From positions 1 through 64,000 of the forward strand of contig JAMOPY010000023.1 in assembly GCA_027064305.1 (NCBI GenBank): DNA of 64,000 nucleotides. The letters run 5' to 3'. Positions 28,838 to 37,578 of the stretch are shown piece after piece. The position numbers and the translations under genes are program-made. The notes beneath the pieces were generated by a model. The model made no database searches and had not been told where the DNA came from. It saw only the letters and a list, made by a program, of their open reading frames with translations. The stretch comes from Methanobacteriota archaeon. Lineage in GTDB: Archaea > JAADCQ01 > Methanopyri > Methanopyrales > Methanopyraceae. Numbering within the stretch: position 1 is the first letter of the stretch; each line of letters begins with the position of its first letter.

Positions 28838-29257
28838 TCAGCGCGGCAGTCCGTAATCCTCGGTCACCCGGACGACCACGACCCCCGACCTCTTGACCGT
28901 GATGTGGACCGACTTGATGGGCTTGATCTTGGTGCCCGGGATCACGCTACGCATGGCGTAGATCCGAGCCTTACGAATCGCCTCCTGCAGCGGGATGCGC
29001 TTACCGTCCGGGGTGATCAGGACCCCGTTCCGCACGACCGACCCCGGGCGCAGTCCCGCCGCCATTACGTTGCTCCTCACCACCTCCTCGGGCAGGAAGT
29101 CGCACCCGACCACGTCCACGCCGATGATCCTGATCCCCTCCTGCTTGGGCAGCGGCCGGCTCGCCCACGCCGTGTACTCGGACAGTCGGCCCAACGCGAA
29201 CAGGAGCGCGCCCAGCAGCATGATGGCCAGGTTACGCCTCGACACCCTGACTATCAT
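28838..29257 (-). CDS. Bitopic membrane protein with an FtsQ-type POTRA-like domain
   Basis: Basic N-terminus, one TM helix, then IIGVDVVGCDFLPEEVV ... IKSVHITVKRSGVVVVRVTE. Confidence 0.65.
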   Translation of the reverse strand: MIVRVSRRNLAIMLLGALLFALGRLSEYTAWASRPLPKQEGIRIIGVDVVGCDFLPEEVVRSNVMAAGLRPGSVVRNGVLITPDGKRIPLQEAIRKARIYAMRSVIPGTKIKPIKSVHITVKRSGVVVVRVTEDYGLPR

Positions 29258-30710
29258 CGCCCACCACCCCCATCTCCCGCAGGATCCTCCGGGCCGGCTC
29301 CATCCCCTGCGCCCCACCCAGCAGCACGACCGTGTCCTCATCACTGAGCTCCAGCGCCCGCTCCAACGCCTCCTCCAACCGCTCGAAGTGCTCCCAGCTC
29401 ACCCCACCGCGCCGCAGCTCCTCCAGGAACGCCTCCCGCTCCTCCTCCCGCACCACGTTCGCCTCGTCCACCAGGCCCTTCGAATCCGTGACCAGGATGC
29501 GCACCTCCATCCCCTCCCGCTCCAGCTCCCGGGCCCCCTCCACCAGCGCCCGCGCGATCTCCCGGTTGATCTCCGTCCCGCGCGACCCTCGGATGGCGAA
29601 GACGATCACGGCCCGGCCCTTACCCAGCCTCCTCAACGCTCGCACCGTCGCCAGGACGCCGTCCGGGTTGTGACAGAAGTCGTCCACGATCAGCGGGTCC
29701 TCCGACAACCGCTCGAACCGGCGCTTCAGCGGCCGGTACGTGCGCAGCCCCTCCGCGACGTCCTCCTCCCCCACGCCCAGTGCGTGGGCGGCCGCGGTCG
29801 CGGCGAGCGCGTTGTACAGGAAGTGATCCACCGGCAGCGGGAACTCCCGAACGGGGATCAACGGCTCGTCCTCCAGCAGGATCCACTCCTCCCCGTCCAC
29901 CTCGCTGATCCGGGCGACGCCCTCCTCCCACCCGTACCACACCACGTCCGGCGCGAGCGAGGCCATCTTCGCCACGCGCTCATCGTCCGCGTTCAGCACC
30001 GCGACCCCGTCCTCCAGCGCCCGCACCACCCCGGAGACGGCCTCCGCCATCTCCTCCAGCGAGGAGACCAGGTTCGTGTGATCCACGCCCACGTTCGTCA
30101 CCACGGCCACCTCGCAGCCCAGCGCCCGGGCCATCCGGTACGCGTGATCCTCCATGACCCGGCCGGTCGGCAGGCCCTGCACCTCCGAGACCTCCACGCA
30201 CAGGGCGTCCCGCGGCCGGGCCTCGCGGAGCTCCATCGCCACGACGGGATCGATGAGCGTGTTCTTCTCCGACCGGAAGTCCGTGTTGCAGTACACGTCC
30301 CGGCCCGCGACCCGCAGGATGTGCGCCAGCAGGTGGTTGGTGGTGGACTTCCCGTTCGTCCCCGTCACGCACACGGTGACGGCGTCGGCCGCGTACCTCC
30401 GCTTCGCCAGCCGCAGCGCGTACTCGTTCGCCCGATCCACCTCCGTCAGCACGAGCGGCAGGTCGCGGCGCCGGCACTCCTCCCGGAGCCGCCCCCGGGG
30501 CTCCTCGGTGACCAGGCACGCCACGCCGCGCTCGTCCGCCAGCTCCGCCCCGCGCTCGTCGAGCCACCACCGGATCACCACGTCCCCCTCGCCCGCCCGG
30601 CCGAGCGTGGAGAACCAGCCGCGGATCCTCCGCTCGGGGTCCCCGACGACCAGCCTCCCGTCCACCCGCTCGGCCAGCTCCCCCACGGTGAGGTCCAGCA
30701 GCGCGATCAC
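29232..30710 (-). CDS. Mur ligase family protein (MurE/F-like, pseudomurein)
   Basis: VTGTNGKSTT, VEVSE, TNVGVDH, LNADD, RRFE, DDFCHNPDG. Confidence 0.92.
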   Translation of the reverse strand: MIALLDLTVGELAERVDGRLVVGDPERRIRGWFSTLGRAGEGDVVIRWWLDERGAELADERGVACLVTEEPRGRLREECRRRDLPLVLTEVDRANEYALRLAKRRYAADAVTVCVTGTNGKSTTNHLLAHILRVAGRDVYCNTDFRSEKNTLIDPVVAMELREARPRDALCVEVSEVQGLPTGRVMEDHAYRMARALGCEVAVVTNVGVDHTNLVSSLEEMAEAVSGVVRALEDGVAVLNADDERVAKMASLAPDVVWYGWEEGVARISEVDGEEWILLEDEPLIPVREFPLPVDHFLYNALAATAAAHALGVGEEDVAEGLRTYRPLKRRFERLSEDPLIVDDFCHNPDGVLATVRALRRLGKGRAVIVFAIRGSRGTEINREIARALVEGARELEREGMEVRILVTDSKGLVDEANVVREEEREAFLEELRRGGVSWEHFERLEEALERALELSDEDTVVLLGGAQGMEPARRILREMGVVGDDSQGVEA

Positions 30711-31774
30711 CCCGCGAGCCAGAGGGCGATGCCCGCGCAGACGGCGCCGGCCATCCAGTGCAGCGCCACCACGACCGGCTCGGGCAGGTCGTACTTGTAC
30801 TGGAGGTGGTGATGCAGCGGCTCCACCGCGAGCTTGATCACGCCCGCCCGGTGCAGGAGGCTGATGATCGTGGACCCGACGGGCACGCCCAGGGCGACGA
30901 CGGCGGGCACCTCGATCTTGTAGTACAAGGCACCGGCCGCGTACGCGGCCCCCAGGAAGCAGCTGCCCGTGTCACCCATGAAGATCTTGGCCGGGTACCG
31001 GTTGTGGAACAGGAAGCCCAGGGAGGCGCCGGCGAGCGACGCGAAGAACGCGGCCCCGGGGAGCTGGTTGTGGACCAAGCACACCCCGGAGCACGCCAGA
31101 GAGGCGAGGAACAGCAGCCCCGCGGCCAGCCCGTCCATCCCGTCGATCAGGTTCACCGCGTTGGTGGCCCCGACCACGCCGAAGATCGCCAGCGGGTAGA
31201 ACAGCCAGGACAGGTCGATCGCGCCGAGGTGCGGGAACCAGAGCCACGTGGCGGGCACGATGGGGAGCACGAACAGGGCGGCCCCGGCCTGCAGCGCCAG
31301 CTTCTCCCGCTCGCTCAGCTCCTTCTTGACCGGGACCTCACCCACGATCTCGATCTTGTCCGGGGCCTCCCGCATCAGCCGCTTCAGGTCCCGCTTGGCC
31401 CGCTCCGTGGCCACGCGCGCCTCCTCACCGGGCTGCAGCACGAGCCGACCGATCCGGATCGGCTCATCGGAAACGTTCTTCACCACCTTCTGAAACTCCT
31501 TCACCTGCAGCCCGAGCAGGTCGTCCACCACGCCCAGCACCAGCATCGGGAGCGCCGAGGCGACCGGAGGGAGCGCCTGGATCGACACCAGGAGCGGCCC
31601 CGCGACCGTGCCCAGCAGGATCCCGAACCCTCCCATGATCGGCGTGCCGGCCTTGTGCGAGTGCTCCGTGACGATCGGACGGTCCACCACCCTGGCCTCC
31701 CGCATGTACCGGCGAAGCAGCCGCACGGTGACCCAGGACGTCACCGTGGAGATCGAGAACGTCTCCACGATCAA
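30707..31774 (-). CDS. mraY: MraY-like polyprenyl-phosphate transferase (GT4/PNPT family)
   Basis: HKAGTPIMGG, GVVDD, NAVNLIDGMDGL, NRYPAKIFMGDTGS, EPLHHHL. Confidence 0.9.
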   Translation of the reverse strand: MIVETFSISTVTSWVTVRLLRRYMREARVVDRPIVTEHSHKAGTPIMGGFGILLGTVAGPLLVSIQALPPVASALPMLVLGVVDDLLGLQVKEFQKVVKNVSDEPIRIGRLVLQPGEEARVATERAKRDLKRLMREAPDKIEIVGEVPVKKELSEREKLALQAGAALFVLPIVPATWLWFPHLGAIDLSWLFYPLAIFGVVGATNAVNLIDGMDGLAAGLLFLASLACSGVCLVHNQLPGAAFFASLAGASLGFLFHNRYPAKIFMGDTGSCFLGAAYAAGALYYKIEVPAVVALGVPVGSTIISLLHRAGVIKLAVEPLHHHLQYKYDLPEPVVVALHWMAGAVCAGIALWLAG

Positions 31775-31790
31775 CGCGCTCCTCCCCGCC

Positions 31791-32930
31791 CTACAGGAAC
31801 TTGCCGGCCTCCCTGATCCTCAACTCAAACTCCTTCTCCGCCAGCCGCACGTTCGCGCCCGCCGCCCGGAAGGCCGACCGCAGCCTCTCGAACGCCTCCT
31901 TAAACGATTCACCCCGGACGGTGATCCTCCCGGCCACGTCCATCCGGCCCCGGTACTCGTAGAACACGTGGTACGCTCCCCCGTCGAACCGCTCCCTAAG
32001 GGGCTCCCGACGGGACGCGTTCCACACCGGACACTCGATCGCGTGCCAGACCTTCCTGACCCGGGGCGGCCGCCAGCGCCCCACCACCATGTCCACGAGC
32101 TCCCGCAGCGGCCAGACTCCGGAACAGCCCGAGGTCATGTACCGCGTGCCGCTGGGCCGCGGGTTGAACTCCAGGAACCAGAACTCATCCTCCCGCACCA
32201 CCACGTCGAAGTCGACCGTCCCCTCCAGCCCCAACCGCTTCACGAGCCGAACCGCGCAGCGCTTGATCCCCCGCTCCACCGACCCGTCCAGCGGGGCCGG
32301 CGCCAGCCGCATCCGCTCGATCGGGTGATCCTCGTCCAGCGTCGAACCCTTGAACACCGGCACGAGCGGCACGACCTCCCCGTCCCAGGACAGCACCTCG
32401 ATCGACACCTCCGCCCCCTCGACGAACTCCTCCACCAGCCGCCTCCCGTGCACCCGGGGCACCGACCGCTCGTACACGTTCACGTTGATCCCGGCCTGCG
32501 ACCTCGGATCCTTCACCACGAGCGGCGGGCGCAGCCGGGGCCGCTCATCCTCCACCACCTCCCACTCCGGCGTCGGGATGTTCAGCTCCTCGAACGCCCG
32601 CTTCGCCCGGATCTTGTCCACCCCGGTCCGCGTCCCCTCCAACCCCGAGGCGGCGACGGGGATCCCCTCCGACTCCAGCCGCTCCTTCATTTCCGCCACC
32701 TCAAGCAGCGGATCGTCCACGCCGATGAGCGGGACCACCCCGTCCACCTCCCGCTCGAGCGCGATCCGCGCCGGGTGCTCCATGCCCCGGGGCACGAAGT
32801 GCACCTCGTCCGCCAGCTCCCAGTCCCAACTCTCCGGGTTCGACTCGGTCAGGATCCGGTACACCCCGGTGGACCCGGCGTACTCCGCCACGTCCCGGAA
32901 CAGCCGGGCCCCCACGAACAGGACCCTCAA
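31791..32930 (-). CDS. ATP-grasp enzyme (carbamoyl-phosphate synthetase-like) of the pseudomurein cluster
   Basis: DKIRAK, PLVVK, VEEFVEGAEVSIE, LEFNPRPSGT; TTGA overlap start. Confidence 0.85.
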   Translation of the reverse strand: MRVLFVGARLFRDVAEYAGSTGVYRILTESNPESWDWELADEVHFVPRGMEHPARIALEREVDGVVPLIGVDDPLLEVAEMKERLESEGIPVAASGLEGTRTGVDKIRAKRAFEELNIPTPEWEVVEDERPRLRPPLVVKDPRSQAGINVNVYERSVPRVHGRRLVEEFVEGAEVSIEVLSWDGEVVPLVPVFKGSTLDEDHPIERMRLAPAPLDGSVERGIKRCAVRLVKRLGLEGTVDFDVVVREDEFWFLEFNPRPSGTRYMTSGCSGVWPLRELVDMVVGRWRPPRVRKVWHAIECPVWNASRREPLRERFDGGAYHVFYEYRGRMDVAGRITVRGESFKEAFERLRSAFRAAGANVRLAEKEFELRIREAGKFL

Positions 32931-34465
32931 CCCTCCTCCCCCAGCTCCTCCTCGAGCTCCCTCAGCACGTCCTCCTTGAACTTCAGCGCCGCCTCCCCGA
33001 ACACCACGATCACCTCGCACCCCGACTCCAACGCCGCCCGCAGCCCGTCCAGCACCTGCTCCCGGGAGGCGCCCAGCGTCCCCCGCTTCTCGAACCGCTC
33101 CGCGGCGCTCTCCGCCGCCACCACGTTGTCCGCCCCCACCTCCTCGAGCACCCGGTAGCACGCGTGCGAGGCCGCGATCACCCGGTCCGCGATCCGGGCC
33201 GCCCGCTCCAGGATCTCACGATCCCCCTCCGGGCCCAGCTCCGAGGCCACCGCGATGACCGCGCACAGGCGCCGGTCCGGGTACGCCTGCCTCAGGCACC
33301 GCAGGGTCGCCTCCACGCCCGCCGGGTTGTGACCGTAGTCGACGATCACCACCCGCTCCCCATCGTCCCACACGACGTCGAGCCGACCCTCCACCCCCTC
33401 GAACGAGCCGAGGGCCCGCGCCACCTCCTCCGGGTCCAGGTCCAGGAACTCGATGCAGACGGCCGCGGCCGCCACGGCGTTGTACACGTTATGCAGCCCC
33501 ATCACGGGCAGGCCAACCTCGAACTCACCCTCCGGGCAGGCCAGCGTGAACCCGTCCAGAGAGACGTCCACGGCCAGGTAGTCCGGGGACGGCGTCTCCA
33601 ACCCGCACTCGCACCGGAAGTCGCCCACCCACGGAAGGATCTCCCTCACCTCCGCCCGCCCACCGCACCAGCACTCCTTCTCCACGGTCCCCACGGGCTC
33701 CGCCTCCACCCCGAAGTAAACGACCTCCCCCTCGAACCCCACCTCCTCCGGCGCGCCCACCACCAGCGGATCCTGCGCGTTCAGCACGGCCACCTCCACC
33801 GAGTCCGGCTCGAGCAGCTCGATCTCGCACCGCGCGTACGTCCGGAAGTCCCCGGCCTTGTTCAGGTGATCCGGCGTGATGTTCGTCAGGCACGCGCACT
33901 CCACCTCCGCCCACCTCGCCGCCTCCAGGATCTCCCCCCGCTCCCCGAACGTCGCGATCTCCAGCACGCTCACGTCACCCGGCAACCGCGCCTGCAGCGG
34001 GGGCAGGTACCCCACGTTCCCCTGCATCCCCGGCAGCCCGTGATCCCGCACCTCCAGCCCCAGCTCCCGGCACACGTGCCGTATCATCGCCACGGTCGTC
34101 GTCTTCCCGTTCGTACCCCCCACGCCCACCACCGGCCGGGTGGGGGGAATCCGCTCGAGCACGTCCTCCACCTCGTACACCCGGCACCCGTACCGACGGG
34201 CCAGCCGGTACGGAGGTGACCCCTCCTCCAGGCTGGGCGGCGGGACCACCGCGTCCGCCCGCCGAAACAGCCACTCCGGGTGGCCCCCCAGCACGACCTC
34301 CACGTTCGGGTACTCCAGCAGCGGGTCCAGCAGCTCGCACTCCTCCTCGTCCTTCACGTCCGAGGCGATCACGTGGTAGTCCCGCTCCGCGAGCACCCGG
34401 GCCACCAGGTTGCACACGGGCCCGCACACGCCGATCACCAGCACCGTGCGCCCCTGCACGCGCAT
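32927..34465 (-). CDS. Mur ligase family protein (MurC/D-like, pseudomurein) with a Zn-binding insertion
   Basis: N-terminal Rossmann (VIGVCGPV), GTNGKTTT, TNITPDHL, LNAQD, GLHNVYN, GVEGRL, DYGHNP; CWC...CEC insertion. Confidence 0.92.
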   Translation of the reverse strand: MRVQGRTVLVIGVCGPVCNLVARVLAERDYHVIASDVKDEEECELLDPLLEYPNVEVVLGGHPEWLFRRADAVVPPPSLEEGSPPYRLARRYGCRVYEVEDVLERIPPTRPVVGVGGTNGKTTTVAMIRHVCRELGLEVRDHGLPGMQGNVGYLPPLQARLPGDVSVLEIATFGERGEILEAARWAEVECACLTNITPDHLNKAGDFRTYARCEIELLEPDSVEVAVLNAQDPLVVGAPEEVGFEGEVVYFGVEAEPVGTVEKECWCGGRAEVREILPWVGDFRCECGLETPSPDYLAVDVSLDGFTLACPEGEFEVGLPVMGLHNVYNAVAAAAVCIEFLDLDPEEVARALGSFEGVEGRLDVVWDDGERVVIVDYGHNPAGVEATLRCLRQAYPDRRLCAVIAVASELGPEGDREILERAARIADRVIAASHACYRVLEEVGADNVVAAESAAERFEKRGTLGASREQVLDGLRAALESGCEVIVVFGEAALKFKEDVLRELEEELGEEG

Positions 34466-34470
34466 CCCCC

Positions 34471-35490
34471 TCAGACCCGCGTCCCCGGGATCCTCCGACC
34501 GTACTCCCGCAACAGTTCCCGCATCAACGCCCGCGTCCCCTCCAGGAGCCTCCGGGCCGTCCCCTCGTCCCGCTCCACGGCGAGCCGGGGCAGGTGCTCG
34601 TACCCTAAATCGTCGACCCGATCGTCGATCTCGGAGTACTCGTAAAGCACCGCGTGCAGCTGCGCGAACCGCTCCGTCCGCACGATCCGGTTCAACGTCC
34701 CGCTCAGGTACGACCGCAGCGCCCGCTCCAGGAACATCAGCAGCCGGTACGTGAGGTCGCGCACGATCTCTTCCTCGTCCCTCGGACCCTCCGGCACCCC
34801 ACCCTCGAACACCCGGTGCAGCTCCAATCCCAGCCGCTCCTCCACCTCTCCCGCGTCCCACTCCGGGGTCTCCGTCTCGATCAGGTACTCCAGGCACGCC
34901 CGCGGCGAGGCCACTCGCTCCACCATCAGCGAGCAGGCGCGGCCCGTGAGCGGGTTGTACCCGACCCGCTCGATGAACCGGTGCACCCCGTAGGGTCGGA
35001 TGGGGCACGTGTACCCCTCGTCGAACCAGCCCAGGCCCGAGACGATCTCGCCCACGTCCTCCCACGTCCACCGGCGCAGCGCCGGGTACCGGACCATCGT
35101 CACCCCGGGCGGGTACGGGTGCGCCACCCGCCGCCCGTACTTCCCCTTCAGCTCGTGGCCCGTGAGGACCGTGAGCAGCCCCAGTCGCTTGGCCCGCAGG
35201 CAGGCGGCGGTCAGCACCGTCCGGGCGCACTTGGTGCAGATGGGCAGGCCGCGGCGCAGGGCGCGGCGGAACCACCCCCGCAGGCGCACCCGAACGAGCT
35301 CGTGCCTCAGCCCCAGCCGCTCCGCGCACCGACGGGCGTTCTCCAGGCACGTCCCGTCCAGGAACTCGTGCACGACCGTGACCGCCGCCTCCACCCGCCA
35401 GCGCTCGGACGCGTGCAGGGCCGTGGCCACGCTGTCCCGACCGCCGGAGAGGGCCACGCACGCCGGGTTGCTGGGATCAGTCGTGCGCAT
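34471..35490 (-). CDS. PP-loop ATPase (adenine nucleotide alpha-hydrolase; QueC/TtcA-like)
   Basis: ALSGGRDS, CTKC, LTGHE, GYTCP; lies between gltX and the mur genes. Confidence 0.8.
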   Translation of the reverse strand: MRTTDPSNPACVALSGGRDSVATALHASERWRVEAAVTVVHEFLDGTCLENARRCAERLGLRHELVRVRLRGWFRRALRRGLPICTKCARTVLTAACLRAKRLGLLTVLTGHELKGKYGRRVAHPYPPGVTMVRYPALRRWTWEDVGEIVSGLGWFDEGYTCPIRPYGVHRFIERVGYNPLTGRACSLMVERVASPRACLEYLIETETPEWDAGEVEERLGLELHRVFEGGVPEGPRDEEEIVRDLTYRLLMFLERALRSYLSGTLNRIVRTERFAQLHAVLYEYSEIDDRVDDLGYEHLPRLAVERDEGTARRLLEGTRALMRELLREYGRRIPGTRV

Positions 35491-37195
35491 ACACGGCCCT
35501 CACACCGCTCGGTCGACACTCCTCGATCCGGGCGAAGTACAGCCGCTCGAACTGCACGGTGCGTCCCGGCTCCTCCCGCTCCACGTTCGCCTCCACGTAG
35601 CCCTCGTCCACCGACCCGTCCGGCCGTAGCACCCGGCACGGGATCGCCTGGTCCGTCGGCACCCAGTGCACGATCCGGGCCCCCTCACGCCGCGCGGCCC
35701 GGTAGTCCTCCCCCTCGTACCGGCCCCGCACGACGCCCTCACCCACCTCCTCGACCCTCACGTTCACCGCGTTCATCAGCCGGATCAGCTCACCCTCCTC
35801 CAGCGCCTCCCCGTCCTCCCGATCCAGCCAGACCCGGCAGCCGCCGTCCTCCGGGTGCAGCACGAGCGCCCGCTCGCCCCGGTCCTCGTCCGGGTGCAGC
35901 GGCAGCGTGGCCGCGAACGGCTCCTCCAGGCCCTCGATCCACAGCTCCACCGGGTCCCGGACGAGGAAGTACCGGTTGGACTTCGGATCGATCAGGCGCC
36001 GGTTGCGCGCGTACAGCTGCTCCCAGCTGAAGGTCGCGTCCACCTCCGTCAGCCCGATCTCCAGGATCGTCTCCCGGAGCGCCTCGGGCTCGATCCCCCG
36101 CCGCCGCAGCGCGCGCAGCGTCGCCGTCCGCACGTCGTCCCAGCCCGTGAGCTCGCCGGACTCGATCCCCTCCCGGATCCTGGACGTGCTCAGCACGGTC
36201 CCCTCCACCTTCAGGATCCCGTAGTGCACGTACTCCGGCGGCTCCCAGTCCAGGTGCCGGAACACGAACTCCTGCCGGCGCGTGTTCGACTCGTGATCCT
36301 TCCCGCGCAGGACGTGCGTGACCTCCATGAAGTGATCGTCCACGGCCACGGCGAAGTTCATTGTCGGCCAGACGAGGTACCGGTCGCCCACCATCGGGTG
36401 CTCCCGCTCCACGATCCGGAACGCGACCCACTCCCGCGCGGCCGGGTCCGGGTGGTCCACCCGCGTCTTCACCCGAACGACCGCCTCCCCCTCCGAGAAC
36501 GCCCCGTCCAGCATCTCCTCCCACAGCTCCAGGTTCTCCTCCGGATCCCGGGACCGGCACGGGCAGGCCTGGCCCCGATCCCGCAGCCGCCGAAACTCGT
36601 CCGCGTCGCACGTGCAGACGTACGCCCCGCCCCGCTCCAGCAGCTCCTCCGCCACCCGGTAGTACAGCTCCATCCGGTTCGACTGCACGTACCGCTCGTC
36701 CACCCGCACGCCCAGCCACTCCAGGTCCTCCTCGATCATGTCGTACGCCTCCGGGTCCACCCGCCGCGGGTCCGTGTCCTCGAAGCGCAGGATCAGCGCG
36801 CCGTCGTACCGGCGGGCGTACTCGTCGTTGAGCACCGCCGCCCGCGCGTGACCCAGGTGCAGCGGGCCCGACGGGTTGGGGGCGAACCGCAGCCGAACCT
36901 CGCCCTCCCGGGCGCCGGGCAGCGGCTTCAGGCCGCCCTCCTCCTCCGACCGCTCCTCCTCCACCCCGCCCAGCTCCTCCAGCTCCCGCCGGATCTCCTC
37001 CAGGGACATCCGGTTGACCTCCTCGACCACCTCCCGGACGAGCCGGAGCACCTCCTTGGCCCGATCCCGGTACTCCTCGTGCTCCCGCATCACCTTCTTC
37101 ATGACCGCGTTCGGGTTCGCCCGGCCGTCGTACTTGGCCGCGTTCTCCAGCGCGTACCGGCGGATCACCTCCCTCAACTCCTCCAGCTCGCTCAC
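35477..37195 (-). CDS. gltX: Glutamate--tRNA ligase
   Basis: RFAPNPSGPLHLGH, RFEDTDP, THVLRGKDH, LSTS, QFER; GTG start at 37195 (or 37201). Confidence 0.97.
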   Translation of the reverse strand: MSELEELREVIRRYALENAAKYDGRANPNAVMKKVMREHEEYRDRAKEVLRLVREVVEEVNRMSLEEIRRELEELGGVEEERSEEEGGLKPLPGAREGEVRLRFAPNPSGPLHLGHARAAVLNDEYARRYDGALILRFEDTDPRRVDPEAYDMIEEDLEWLGVRVDERYVQSNRMELYYRVAEELLERGGAYVCTCDADEFRRLRDRGQACPCRSRDPEENLELWEEMLDGAFSEGEAVVRVKTRVDHPDPAAREWVAFRIVEREHPMVGDRYLVWPTMNFAVAVDDHFMEVTHVLRGKDHESNTRRQEFVFRHLDWEPPEYVHYGILKVEGTVLSTSRIREGIESGELTGWDDVRTATLRALRRRGIEPEALRETILEIGLTEVDATFSWEQLYARNRRLIDPKSNRYFLVRDPVELWIEGLEEPFAATLPLHPDEDRGERALVLHPEDGGCRVWLDREDGEALEEGELIRLMNAVNVRVEEVGEGVVRGRYEGEDYRAARREGARIVHWVPTDQAIPCRVLRPDGSVDEGYVEANVEREEPGRTVQFERLYFARIEECRPSGVRAVYAHD

Positions 37196-37371
37196 GGGCA
37201 CCCTCCCCGTCGCCTCCCTCTCCGGACAAGCAGCGGTGATCGTGAGGGACGGGGGTGTCCCCCGCCCTCCGGTCCCGGGCTCATTGAACGGCGACGGCCG
37301 CCTCACCCGGGGGACCCAGACGGGGGTCATCCTTTTGGAGGATCTGACCCCCGTCCCGCCGCCCCGGGCGG

Positions 37372-37390
37372 GGTTTAAGTAGTTCCCCGG
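37372..37390 (-). promoter_or_regulatory. Putative BRE/TATA for the gltX-pseudomurein operon
   Basis: Minus strand reads GGGAACTACTTAAACC, about 180 nt upstream of gltX. Confidence 0.45.
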
Positions 37391-37403
37391 AGCCCGGCCC
37401 GCG

Positions 37404-37419
37404 GAGAAAGGTTTTTATA
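37404..37419 (+). promoter_or_regulatory. BRE + TATA box of the tRNA-Lys gene
   Basis: GAGAAAGG-TTTTTATA about 30 nt upstream of the tRNA. Confidence 0.8.
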
Positions 37420-37449
37420 CGACGCGGCGCCCCCGCGTGAACGGACGCC

Positions 37450-37527
37450 GGGCCGGCAGCTCAGTCTGGCTAGAGCGCGGGACTTTTAATCCCGTGGTCC
37501 CGGGTTCAAATCCCGGCCGGCCCACCA
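37450..37527 (+). tRNA. tRNA-Lys (anticodon UUU), C at position 8, CCA encoded
   Basis: Acceptor stem GGGCCGG/CCGGCCC; D arm GCTC..GAGC; anticodon arm CGGGA-CT TTT AA-TCCCG; T arm CCGGG-TTCAAAT-CCCGG; ends ACCA. Confidence 0.97.
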
Positions 37528-37535
37528 CCGGAAAT

Positions 37536-37554
37536 CGTTACGAAGTTCGTAACG
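37536..37554. repeat. Perfect inverted repeat between convergent tRNA-Lys and argS
   Basis: CGTTACGAA-G-TTCGTAACG, flanked by CGGAA/TTCCG. Confidence 0.75.
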
Positions 37555-37578
37555 TTCCGCCCCGAGACGGGGCGAGGC

